From: Hydrurus foetidus
Taxonomy: Eukaryota
Assembly: GCA_900617105.1 (NCBI GenBank)
Contig: UYFQ01000001.1
Span: 1,922,001 to 1,986,000, forward strand
Length of the DNA stretch: 64,000 nucleotides
Direction of reading: 5' to 3'
Shown here: in pieces, positions 28,027-37,581 of the stretch
Numbering within the stretch: the first letter of the stretch is position 1
How the letters are laid out: every line of letters starts with the position of its first letter
Translations under genes and position numbers: made by a program
Notes under the pieces: model-generated
What the model saw: the letters and a program-made list of their open reading frames with translations, nothing else
What the model was told of the DNA's origin: nothing
The model's database searches: none

Positions 28027-28395
28027 ATGAAAAATACCAAAACCGTTTTGATTCTGGCCACCCTGCTGACCGCCAGCGCATCGCTGTTTGCTGCATCACA
28101 CGCCGGCGCGCCTATGACCAAAAGTGAAACCAAAGAGGAAGCCAAAAAAGACACGCCAGCGGCAGCAGCTGTTGATATGGCAGACGGCGAAGTGCGCAAA
28201 ATTGACAAGGAAAACAAGAAAATTACGCTGAAGCACGGCGTGATCAAGAACCTGGACATGCCAGGTATGACGATGGTTTTTGCTGTCAAAGACGCTGCGA
28301 TGCTGGACAACCTGAAGGCTGGCGACAAGATTAAATTTAAGGCCGAGCAGACGGGTAGTGCAATTACTGTGACTGAAATTCAACTGGCTAAATAA
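28027..28395 (+). CDS. cusF: CusF-family periplasmic copper-binding protein
   Basis: GEVRKID..ITLKHG.I.NLDMPGMTMVF. Confidence 0.88.
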   Translation: MKNTKTVLILATLLTASASLFAASHAGAPMTKSETKEEAKKDTPAAAAVDMADGEVRKIDKENKKITLKHGVIKNLDMPGMTMVFAVKDAAMLDNLKAGDKIKFKAEQTGSAITVTEIQLAK

Positions 28396-28421
28396 GCCTG
28401 GAACGGCATGGCCTCGCCAAA

Positions 28422-28595
28422 CCCTCACCCCAGCCCTCTCCCGCTGGCGGGAGAGGGAGCAAGACAGACCACGCTTTACGAACGTTTGTTACTCCCTCTC
28501 CCCCCGGGGAGAGGGCTGGGGTGAGGGAAAGCCCAGAACAAATTCAAGCATCGCGCGTGCCCCCATCCCAACCTTCCCCCAGCGGGTAAAGGAGC
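28422..28595. repeat. REP-like cluster (CCCTCACCCCAGCCCTCTCCC..GGGAGAGGG family), three alternating units
   Basis: Units at about 28422(+), 28491(-), 28560(+); same family at 40179 and 42641. Confidence 0.85.
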
Positions 28596-28606
28596 AAAAG
28601 ACACCG

Positions 28607-30971
28607 TCACTTCACCTTTGCACCCCGCAACCGCAACGCATTAAAAATCACACTTGCTGAACTCAGACTCATCGCCAGCGCGGCAATCATGGGCGACAGC
28701 AGCCAGCCTGTGAAGGGGTACAGCAACCCCGCAGCAATCGGTATGCCAAGCGCGTTGTAGACAAACGCAAAAGCCAGGTTTTGCTTCATGTTGGCAACCG
28801 TGGCGTTTGACAAGCCAAGCGCGATTGAAATACCGCGCAAGTCGCCTTTGACCAATGTGACCTGCGCACTGTTCATCGCCACATCGGTGCCCGTGCCCAT
28901 GGCTATGCCGACATCAGCCTTGGCCAGCGCAGGGGCATCGTTGATGCCGTCGCCCGCCATCGCGACCACATGCCCGTCGGACTGCAATCGCTCAATTAAC
29001 GTCAGCTTGTCGCCGGGCTTGACTTCACCGTGTACTTCTTCAATGCCCAATCGTTTGCCAATTGCCTTGGCAGTGGTCAAACCATCGCCTGTGGCCATGA
29101 CGATGCGAATACCTGCGGCTTTCAGTGTTGCAAGCGCTTCAGGCGTGCTGGCTTTGACCGGGTCGGACACCGCCAGCAAGCCCGCGAGTCTGCCGTCTAC
29201 GGCCAGGTACATCACGCTTGCGCCTTCTGCACGTAAAGTTTCTGCTTGCGTCAGCATGCTTTCGACGGGCACGCTAATTTGCTGCATCAACGTCGTGTTG
29301 CCCAATGCCAATTGTTTGCTATCGACTCGTCCTTTCACGCCAATGCCTGAGCCTGAGTCGAAGTTTTCAGGTTTGCTTAAGCCCATGTTTTTTTCGCTTG
29401 CGGCCCGCACAATGGTTTCAGCCAGCGGGTATTCACTGCCTTGATCCAGACTCGCCGCAAGGCGCAGCACTTCGTCAACCTCAAAACCAGCCGCTGCTAC
29501 CGCCCGGTCAAACGCCGGGCGACCTTCTGTCAATGTGCCGGTTTTATCAATCACCAGCGTGTCGACCTTGCGCAGGCTTTCAATCGCAGCGGCATCACGA
29601 AACAGCACGCCCTGCGTAGCGCCCCGCCCCGTCGCCACCATGATAGACATCGGCGTAGCAAGGCCCAGCGCACACGGGCAGGCAATGATGAGCACCGACA
29701 CGGCGTTGATCAAACCAAACACCCAGCTAGGTTCAGGCCCAAACATGCCCCATACAAAAAACGTCAGCACTGCCGCCACCACATCAGCCATTCGGTGCAT
29801 CGGCGCCTTTGACCGCTGGGCCTGCGCGACCATTTGCACGATTTGCGAGAGCATGGTGGCACTGCCGACGTGGTCCGCGCGCATCACCAGTGCACCGCTG
29901 GTGTTCAAAGTCGCGCCAATCAGTTTGTCACCGACCCGCTTGCTGACGGGTAGCGGCTCGCCTGTCAACATCGATTCGTCGAGCGCGCTGCTGCCTTCCG
30001 TCACCACACCATCGACAGGCACCTTTTCACCCGGCCGCACGCGCAGCATGTCGCCCACGTGGACGTTGCTTAACGGAATGTCTTCCTCCTTACCGTCAGC
30101 ACCAATTCGCCGGGCGGTTTTAGGCGACAAGCCGAGCAGTGATTTGATAGCCGCGGACGTTTGCGAGCGGGCTTTCAATTCCAGCAACTGCCCCAGCAGC
30201 GTCAATGAAATGATGACCACCGCCGCCTCAAAATACACCGCCACCCGGCCCATTGAAATGAAAGAATCTGGGAAGACCTGCGGGAACAACAGCGCCACCA
30301 CGCTGTACACAAAGGCCGCGCCTGTTCCCAAGCTAATAAGCGTCCACATATTCGGGCTGCGGTTGACCACCGACTGCCAGCCACGTTTAAAAAACGGCGC
30401 ACCCGCCCACAGCACGACGGGTACTGACAGCGCAAACTCAACCCAGCTCTGTGTGCCAATGCTGAACAAATTCAGCTTGTGCCCCACCATCGCCAGGGAA
30501 GCCACCACCACCGTTAACGGCAACGTCCACCAAAAACGGTGCTGAAAGTCAATCAGCTCTTTGTTTTCGCCTTCTTCCAGCTCGGGGATCAAAGGCTCCA
30601 GCGTCATGCCGCATATCGGGCAATTACCGGGCTTGTCTTGCCGAATTTCGGGGTGCATGGGGCAGGTGTAGATTGCGCCCGCCACGCTTGGCTGCGGGGC
30701 ACCGCCTGCTGGCGCTGTTACTGGTCCAACGTCAACCGGCTTGGCCGTCGTGTATTGAGCCGGGTTGGCATTGAATTTGGTCTTACAACCAGCGCTGCAA
30801 AAGTAATAGCGCTTGCCGACGTGCTCTTGCTGGTGCGCTGACTGGTCAGTCACCGTCATGCCGCACACCGGGTCTTTTAACGGCTGCAGTGCAAGGCCTG
30901 CATCAGGTGCGGCTTGCTTATCCACAGCAGCCACCGTTCATGCTTAAAACTTGACGACAAATGTTATGCAT
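28607..30971 (-). pseudogene. Cu(I)-translocating P1B-ATPase with YHS and heavy-metal-binding domains, probably degenerate
   Basis: TGE, CPCALG, DKTGT, GDGIND, YN..MSLSS present; SEYPL instead of SEHPL; apparent TM deletion; RBS-linked ATG 30971 out of frame with ORF 28607-30934. Confidence 0.65.
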
Positions 30972-31084
30972 GATGAACTCCTTCGACCATCTTCGGGGGT
31001 ACCGAAGGCGGTATTTTGATGCCGATCAACCTAGCTCTACCTAAAACCTTTGTCTGCTAAAAATATGAAGGTCCTTGACTAGCT

Positions 31085-31570
31085 TTATTTGTTCATCGGC
31101 ATGGAAGGGCCGCCCATCTTCATGCCGGGCTCCCCGCGTTTGGCTAAAAACTTGTCAAACATAGCAATCTCTTTTTTCTGCGCACGAATGATGTCTTTGG
31201 CCATCACGCGCATTTGCGGATCCTTGCCGTTTTGCAGTTCAGCTTCAGCCATGGTGATGGCCGACTGGTGGTGTACGCGCATCATCCTGGCAAAATCTAC
31301 ATCGACGTTTCCGCTTGACTTCATGCCCGACATCTTGTCTTGCATCTCCATCATCATGGGTTTCATGTCCATGCCCTGCTGCATACCCATGCCCTGCTTC
31401 ATGTCCATGCCAGTATTCGGCACAGGCTTGACAATGTCAGCCGGCATCGGCTTTGCAGCATCAGTGGGCGTTGGGGCAGATGACTGAGCGCTGACCGCTG
31501 CCATCAGCAAACCTGCACCCGATGCGACTACCGCTGACCGAAACAGATTGAAAAATTGATTGCCTGTCAT
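31085..31570 (-). CDS. DUF305 (CopM-like) Met-rich exported protein
   Basis: DVDFARMMRVHHQSAITMA..I.RAQKKEI; signal peptide. Confidence 0.87.
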   Translation of the reverse strand: MTGNQFFNLFRSAVVASGAGLLMAAVSAQSSAPTPTDAAKPMPADIVKPVPNTGMDMKQGMGMQQGMDMKPMMMEMQDKMSGMKSSGNVDVDFARMMRVHHQSAITMAEAELQNGKDPQMRVMAKDIIRAQKKEIAMFDKFLAKRGEPGMKMGGPSMPMNK

Positions 31571-31692
31571 GATGAGGTTTCCTTGCGAATGAGAAGTTGA
31601 ATGAGGTTGCGGCCGGTAGCTCTTTACAGCCACTGTGTTCCTCGGCGCGGCGCGTGGGCGTCAGGTAACAGCCCGACCTGACGCGGGACAGA

Positions 31693-31720
31693 TTGAACTT
31701 TTTGCTTTGCGTCGTATCAT
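31693..31720 (+). promoter_or_regulatory. Candidate leaderless promoter TTGAAC-N16-TATCAT-N6-ATG
   Basis: Same hexamers and spacing as 23656-23683. Confidence 0.65.
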
Positions 31721-31726
31721 TACTGG

Positions 31727-32110
31727 ATGCCTCGCACCACGCGTTTCCTGTTCGTTGCCCTGATGATCGTTTTGTTGCCCCTGCGCGGCTGGGCGGGCAA
31801 TATCATGGCTGTGGAAATGGCTTCAATGGCCTTCGCGCAAGCTGGGGTTGCCATCGATGCCAGCCAAACAGCCATGCCTGCAGACTGCCCAATGCTTTCG
31901 CAGATATCTAGCGGGGCAGGCGATCAAAACGAAGCGGCTCTGCCTGCTGGCTGCAATTGCGACACCTGCGAGTTGTGCCTGGCGGTTGCCAACTTGGCTG
32001 ATATTTCCTGGTCTGCCAGCCCCTTGCTTAGGCATTCGTCCCCGCCAGCGTTTAGCACCCGCTTTATAAGCGCCATCAGCGCACTGAATTTCAAACCTCC
32101 GATCGCCTGA
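31727..32110 (+). CDS. Cys-rich exported leader protein (DUF2946/CutF/CzcI-like), paralog 2
   Basis: ALMIVLLPLRGWAG; GCNCDTCELC; ends NFKPPIA. Confidence 0.75.
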   Translation: MPRTTRFLFVALMIVLLPLRGWAGNIMAVEMASMAFAQAGVAIDASQTAMPADCPMLSQISSGAGDQNEAALPAGCNCDTCELCLAVANLADISWSASPLLRHSSPPAFSTRFISAISALNFKPPIA

Positions 32111-32197
32111 GCTCCCTGCCCAAGGCGCGCCTGCGTTTAAACCGCCGGCGTTTTGATACGAGTGACCACTGCGTCGCTCGTCTTTAGGAGGAACTCT

Positions 32198-32833
32198 ATG
32201 AAACTATTTTTGGTGGCACTTGCAGTGTCAGTCAGCAGCTGCGCGCACGCTGGCCCGATGGGCTTTAACGGCAGCACCATGGCGATGGGTGACTTTTCAC
32301 CCAACTGGAAAGAAGCCTGGGTCAACTACGCCGTGACGCCGCGCGATGCTTTTGGCGCTGGGGGCGTTGCAATGCGCTCGGACGACAAGCTGGTAACCCG
32401 CAACTTCAGCGAAGTGACCTACACGCGGCTGCTTCACCGCATCAACGGCGAGCATTCGCAGGCTAACTTTTGGCTGGTGGGTGGTGTGGGGCGCGTGACT
32501 GGCAACACCTTTGATGGCGGTAAAACCATGCTGGCGCCAGGTGTTTCAGCAGACTATGAAACCACCCGGTTTTACGCGTCTGCGTCGGCGCGCCTTTACC
32601 GCGCACCAGGCATCAACCACGACTTCATATCTGCCCGTACCGGCTTTTCATTTTACGAGGTTGACTACGACGAGACCCAGCCGTGGCTGATTGTGGAGGC
32701 GCGGCGCATGCGTGGCCTGTCTGAAAAAATTGAAATCACGCCGATGCTGCGGCTGATTCACAACCGCTACTTTGTGGAGTTCGGCGTGAACAACATGCGG
32801 CAGGGGCGGTTTAATTTTATGTACATTTTTTAA
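32198..32833 (+). CDS. Hypothetical exported, probable outer-membrane beta-barrel protein
   Basis: AGGAGG RBS; signal peptide AHA-GPMG; alternating beta pattern; terminal FMYIF. Confidence 0.7.
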   Translation: MKLFLVALAVSVSSCAHAGPMGFNGSTMAMGDFSPNWKEAWVNYAVTPRDAFGAGGVAMRSDDKLVTRNFSEVTYTRLLHRINGEHSQANFWLVGGVGRVTGNTFDGGKTMLAPGVSADYETTRFYASASARLYRAPGINHDFISARTGFSFYEVDYDETQPWLIVEARRMRGLSEKIEITPMLRLIHNRYFVEFGVNNMRQGRFNFMYIF

Positions 32834-32858
32834 ATTTTCAACCTTAACGAGCAACATC

Positions 32859-33221
32859 ATGAAAACATTTGTCAATTTATTTACTATTAAATCAGTAGCT
32901 GCTTGCGCCCTGATTTATTCGGCTACAGGCACTTTTACCTCTGCAATTGCGGCTGAAAGCGTTAAAGCAAGCGTTAACGGGATGGTGTGTGCGTTTTGCG
33001 CACAGGGCATTGAAAAAAGCCTGCTGAAAATGCCCGAAACGAAAGCCGTATTTGTAGATTTAAAGAAAAAGATCGTGGCGGTTGAAGCCAAAGACGGCCA
33101 AACGCTAGACGGCAAAAAAATCAGTGCCGAGATAAAAGACGCAGGCTATGACGTGGTCAAACTTGAAACGGTTGCGCTGTCGGTGGACGACATTAAAGCC
33201 GCCATGAAAGTCAAAAAATGA
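32859..33221 (+). CDS. Periplasmic HMA-domain (MerP-like) protein
   Basis: VNGMVCAFCAQGIEK; IKDAGY. Confidence 0.85.
   Translation: MKTFVNLFTIKSVAACALIYSATGTFTSAIAAESVKASVNGMVCAFCAQGIEKSLLKMPETKAVFVDLKKKIVAVEAKDGQTLDGKKISAEIKDAGYDVVKLETVALSVDDIKAAMKVKK
32883..32938 (+). repeat. 56-bp element copy 10, encodes HMA-protein signal-peptide core (TIKSVAACALIYSATGTF)
   Basis: actattaaatcagtagctgcttgcgccctgatttattcggctacaggcactttt. Confidence 0.88.
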
Positions 33222-33604
33222 GTGATACACCACTTGTAGAACCGTCGGGCAAGTGGCTTGCATTCGCCAGCTTATTCACCAGCACCAGCACGCTGTTGTG
33301 TTGCGCCCTGCCAGCGCTGCTGGTGGCGCTGGGTGCTGGCGCAGCGCTGTCAACACTGGTGGCTGCCGTGCCAGGTTTGGTGTGGGTCAGCGAGTACAAA
33401 GAAGCCGTGTTTGGCTTTGCAGCGGTGATGCTGGTGGGCGGCGGCTGGCTGCAATGGCGCGCCCGCTTTGCCCCCTGCCCAATAGAGCCTGCACTGCGCG
33501 ATACCTGCTTGCGAACCCGAAAAACATCGCGGCGCATTTATATCGTCAGCGTAGCGATTTATGCGGTGGGCGGGTGGTTTGCGTTTGTGCAACCGCTGCT
33601 GTGA
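33218..33604 (+). CDS. MerT/MerF-like small metal transporter
   Basis: STLLCCALPALLV; three hydrophobic segments; CP..C loop. Confidence 0.78.
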   Translation: MSDTPLVEPSGKWLAFASLFTSTSTLLCCALPALLVALGAGAALSTLVAAVPGLVWVSEYKEAVFGFAAVMLVGGGWLQWRARFAPCPIEPALRDTCLRTRKTSRRIYIVSVAIYAVGGWFAFVQPLL

Positions 33605-33616
33605 ACCCTACTTAGC

Positions 33617-33673
33617 GCTATTTATTCAGTAGCTGCTCGCGCCCGAATCAATTGGCTTAAAGACGCTATTTAC
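33617..33673 (+). repeat. 56-bp element copy 11 (intergenic)
   Basis: gctatttattcagtagctgctcgcgcccgaatcaattggcttaaagacgctattt. Confidence 0.88.
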
Positions 33674-33730
33674 TCTTAGAAAGCAGTGTTTTTTGGCGCT
33701 GGGTGGCCCCAGTGTGCTAAGGTCAAGCCT

Positions 33731-35068
33731 ATGCCTAAAGCCATCCGCCACACCCTGCTTTCTATTCGTGATCTGGCTATATCGCTGGGCCCTTTTGTCT
33801 TTCTGGCAGTCGCGCTGCTGGCGCTGGCGTACTGGTGGCTAGACCCCAATCCGCCCAAACGCGTTACGTTGGCCACTGGCCCCGCCCAAAGCGCTTACGA
33901 AGAGTTTGGCAAACGCTACGCCAAGGAGCTGGCGCTGGAAGGAATCACCGTCAACCTGCTGCCCACCGAAGGCTCTGCTGCCAACTTGCAATTGCTGCGC
34001 GACGGCAAAGCCGACATGGGTTTTGTACAGGGCGGTACCTGCGTTTATACAGACGCAGACCAAGAGTCGCTGAGCTCACTGGGCAGCTTGTTTGTCGAGC
34101 CGGTCTGGCTTTTTTATCGCGAGGACGCGGCGCGCAAAGTAGCGCCCGCTGGCAATTTGAATTCGCTTACGCAGCTAACCAGCTTAAGAGTCAATTTGGG
34201 TACGCCCGGCAGTGGCGTTCCCGCCTTGATGACCAAGCTGTTTGAAAGCAACCGCGTTGAGCTAACTAGCTTGAAAATTTCAACGCTAGACCAAACGCCA
34301 GCCACTGTTGCTTTGCTGGGCGGCGAACTAGACGCAATTGTGTTCGCCTCGGCACCGGAATCACTCATGGTGCAAATGCTGCTGCAAACACCTGGGGTCA
34401 AGCTCATGAATTTTGCGCAAAGCGATGCGTATTCACGCCGTTTTGATTTTTTAAGCGGCGCCAGGCTTCCGCGCGGCGTGGTCGACTTGGCTGGCAATCT
34501 GCCGCCCGATGATGTACAGCTGGTGGCGCCCACCACCGCGCTCCTGACCCGAAACACCACCCACCCAGCCCTGCTGCAGTTGTTTGCACAGGCCGGCAAC
34601 CAAATTCATGGCAGCGCGGGCTGGTTCAAGCGTGCGCGCGCTTATCCCAATATTGAAAACAACGAATTGCCGATTGCCAAAGAGGCTGAGCGCGCAATTA
34701 AAAACGGCCCGCCGTTGCTACAGCGCTATTTGCATTTTTGGGTCGCTAATTTGATTGACCGCATGTGGCTGGTGCTGAGCATTATCCTGGCGCTGCTGCT
34801 GCTGCTGCCGCTGTCGAGGATTGTGCCGCCGCTGTACGCCTTTCGGGTTCGGTCACGCATCTTCAGGTGGTACGCGCAACTGCGCAGCATTGAGCTGCGC
34901 AGCGCCCACGACGATCAGCACGCGCTTTTAAAAGAGCTCGACGCCCTTGAGGGCCGTGCCGAAAAAGTGACCGTGCCACTGTCGTACACAGACGAGCTTT
35001 ACTCGCTGCGCAGCAACATTCACCTGGTGCGAAAAAAGCTGCTTCGCACTGAGGTCGCCTCTCCCTGA
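33731..35068 (+). CDS. TAXI-family TRAP solute-binding protein, membrane anchored
   Basis: PPKRVTLATG..SAY, GSAANL..L, SLFVEPVWLFY, YSLRSNI.LV. Confidence 0.82.
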   Translation: MPKAIRHTLLSIRDLAISLGPFVFLAVALLALAYWWLDPNPPKRVTLATGPAQSAYEEFGKRYAKELALEGITVNLLPTEGSAANLQLLRDGKADMGFVQGGTCVYTDADQESLSSLGSLFVEPVWLFYREDAARKVAPAGNLNSLTQLTSLRVNLGTPGSGVPALMTKLFESNRVELTSLKISTLDQTPATVALLGGELDAIVFASAPESLMVQMLLQTPGVKLMNFAQSDAYSRRFDFLSGARLPRGVVDLAGNLPPDDVQLVAPTTALLTRNTTHPALLQLFAQAGNQIHGSAGWFKRARAYPNIENNELPIAKEAERAIKNGPPLLQRYLHFWVANLIDRMWLVLSIILALLLLLPLSRIVPPLYAFRVRSRIFRWYAQLRSIELRSAHDDQHALLKELDALEGRAEKVTVPLSYTDELYSLRSNIHLVRKKLLRTEVASP

Positions 35069-35070
35069 AT

Positions 35071-37581
35071 TTACTTGGCGACGCTGCACCATTTGCCTTG
35101 CTGGTATTTTGAAATCTCAAGCCCCTGTTCAACATCAGTTTGCATTTGAAACAAATGCAGCCACTGGTTAACCACCAACTGCTTGACGACCGCATGCCTG
35201 GCGATGATGCTGTCAATCGCCGTTTTCGGCGCTTCAATGAACACACTCAAACGCAACGGCGTGTGCTGCCAAGCGTGTCCGTCGTGTAGAGATTGCATAG
35301 GCAAGCCGATGCGCAAGTCGCCACCGTTGCCTTCAAACACACCCAGGCGCCCGCCGACCACGTTGTGCAGCACCTTGTTGCCGCTGCCGTATTTAACGTT
35401 GTCAACCACGCTGGCGTAGTACTGCATGTTGATCCAGTTGGTCACGACCATGGGCGCGGTCATGATGAGCGTCAGCACGCCCAGCTCGGTGTCTTGCGCG
35501 CGGTCATAGTCGTGCAAAAACGCCCGGCCTGCCAAGTTAAGGTGCTGGGTGCGCGAACGCGGCGCAACGATAAACGCAGCGTTGTTGGCTAGGCCCCATT
35601 CAGGCCGCACCTGCGCCCAATCGTTGGAGCGGGCCTTGATGCTGGCTTCAAGCTGGGCGGCATTGCCCGCCAGATGGGCCAGGCCCAGCGTCGGCGCGCG
35701 CTCGGCGCGGGCTTTTTGGCCCGCCAAAATTAGTGTTGCCGTGAGATGCTGCAAGTCTGCCGCATGGCTTGCAGGCAGCAAGTCAGTGTCGTACAGCGCC
35801 ATCTCATCTGTTGTGGTGTTGTGCATGGCGCCCAAAAACCAGGTGGTGCTGGGGATGATGATGCCTTTGGCTACAAGCGCAGCACGCACATCCGCATCAT
35901 TGAGCAGTGCTGCCAGCGCCCGCGCATTGACCTCACCGGTTTGCCCGCCGCAAGCGCCGCAGTCCAGCCCGGCCGCGTGTGGGTTGTTGGCCGTCTGGCT
36001 GCCGTGGCCGGCCAACAGTACGATGCGGGCAAAGTCTTTGGTCAAGCCAATGCCGCCCAAGATGAACTCAGCCATGCCTGCGCGCGATTGCAGCTCGGCA
36101 TGCACGCTTGCCCCTGGCAGGTTTTGCAGGCGCGGCCGGGTGGCCATGACTTCGTCAGCAGACAAGCCGGTCTGCTCCACGGTGTGGGGCGTGGCCTGGC
36201 TGGGCAGCGTTTTTTTGATCAGTTTGCCGGCGTAGAGCAGGCCGCAGTTCTCGACAAAACTAAAGCCGCTGCTGGCGGTGCTGCGAAAGTTTTGAAGCGT
36301 GCTGCGCCATTGCAAGCCCTGCTTGCGCTTTTTGGCAATCACTTCACCCAGCGAAGGAGAATCGCATTCGTCAGTCACGCAGCGGCTGGACGCCAGCAAG
36401 CCCGGCAGTTGTGGGCGGCTTAACGCGGTGCCAGTGGGTGAGTAGGAAATAAACAGGCCAAAAAATCCTGCAAAGCCACGTGTGTGAATGGTTGGGCTGG
36501 TGGCTTCCAGCGCGCGCCTGAAGACTTCTGAGCGGACGTCAATGCAAAAAATGGCCTGAACTGTGGGTGGTGATGGGACAGTCGGCGTGCGCATTAATTG
36601 CTGACACAGCGGTTGCTGATACGCCAGCTCCAGCGCATTCTGCAGTAGCCAGTCGTGCCTGTTTTGCATGTCAAACCTTGGCTCCGACCACGCATTCATT
36701 GCGCTGGCAGATCTCCATTTAATAGCAATCTGGATGTTTTGAGAATCTTGCAACAGCAGCCATTCCCAACCCAGCCGGATGGCCAGCAGCTCAATGATGT
36801 CATCGTCATCTGTTCTGCCAGGCACCGTCCCCAGCCGCGCCTGCCAGCGCTCGTAAGCGCACCACGAAGCCCAGCCGTTGATGCTCATCAACAGCGCCGT
36901 ATAGTAGTCAGCACATTGCTCAGGTTTTAAGCCTAGGGCCTGCGTCGCAGCAGCAATCAGTGCGCGGGGGTCTTGCGGCAGTGCGGCTGCTTTTTGGCTG
37001 AAGCCGGTGTAGCTCATCAGCAGCGCCGTGCTGTGGTCACTGGCCAGCTGGCGGGCCCAGCTGGCGTACAGCCCCACGCGTTCGGGGTTCCACGCGGCCT
37101 GGCTGACATCAAAGTAGGCCGCGCAGTGCTGGCTGATCTGGTGCGTGACAAAGTCTGCCCAGGCCATGGCATGGCTTAAATCGCGTTGGCTGTCTGCCAC
37201 TGCGGTGACCAGCATGGGTTTGAGCAGTCCATCGGCAGCCTGGCGGTTAAGCAGGGACAAAGCATCAATCAGTTCATCGGCAGTGCAGTCAGACGCGGCA
37301 CTGGCAATGGCGCTTTGCAAATGCTCCCTTGTCAATCGCCCTGCTTGCCACTCGGCCCTGTAAAACGAACGCGGCATGACCAGCGGCGTGCCAGATAGCC
37401 GGGACAATTGTCTGGCGGCCTGCGCAATCGGTTGCTCGACAAATCCCCAGTACGGGTTGACAGCAATAAACTGGTCCAGCGGCCAGGTGGGCGCGATGCG
37501 CTGGCAGGCCGCTGTGACGCTGGCCTCCAGTTGGGTGAAGTCAAATGTTGGCGTGATAATTTTTTCAGCAGTGGCATTCAT
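35071..37581 (-). CDS. dabA: Inorganic carbon pump subunit DabA (DUF2309)
   Basis: IAPTWPLDQFIAVNP, FCIDVRSE, GHGS..NNP..LDCGACGG, WAQVRPEWGLA, FLHDY. Confidence 0.92.
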   Translation of the reverse strand: MNATAEKIITPTFDFTQLEASVTAACQRIAPTWPLDQFIAVNPYWGFVEQPIAQAARQLSRLSGTPLVMPRSFYRAEWQAGRLTREHLQSAIASAASDCTADELIDALSLLNRQAADGLLKPMLVTAVADSQRDLSHAMAWADFVTHQISQHCAAYFDVSQAAWNPERVGLYASWARQLASDHSTALLMSYTGFSQKAAALPQDPRALIAAATQALGLKPEQCADYYTALLMSINGWASWCAYERWQARLGTVPGRTDDDDIIELLAIRLGWEWLLLQDSQNIQIAIKWRSASAMNAWSEPRFDMQNRHDWLLQNALELAYQQPLCQQLMRTPTVPSPPTVQAIFCIDVRSEVFRRALEATSPTIHTRGFAGFFGLFISYSPTGTALSRPQLPGLLASSRCVTDECDSPSLGEVIAKKRKQGLQWRSTLQNFRSTASSGFSFVENCGLLYAGKLIKKTLPSQATPHTVEQTGLSADEVMATRPRLQNLPGASVHAELQSRAGMAEFILGGIGLTKDFARIVLLAGHGSQTANNPHAAGLDCGACGGQTGEVNARALAALLNDADVRAALVAKGIIIPSTTWFLGAMHNTTTDEMALYDTDLLPASHAADLQHLTATLILAGQKARAERAPTLGLAHLAGNAAQLEASIKARSNDWAQVRPEWGLANNAAFIVAPRSRTQHLNLAGRAFLHDYDRAQDTELGVLTLIMTAPMVVTNWINMQYYASVVDNVKYGSGNKVLHNVVGGRLGVFEGNGGDLRIGLPMQSLHDGHAWQHTPLRLSVFIEAPKTAIDSIIARHAVVKQLVVNQWLHLFQMQTDVEQGLEISKYQQGKWCSVAK

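Noticed and set aside
26310..30545. Long antisense ORFs (e.g. 26310-27266, 29535-30545; likewise 57247-58125)
   Set aside because: Shadow frames of GC-rich genes with no recognisable motifs
31045..31075. CueR box upstream of the Cu-ATPase (ACCTT..AAGGT)
   Set aside because: Half-site spacing too long and no properly placed -35/-10
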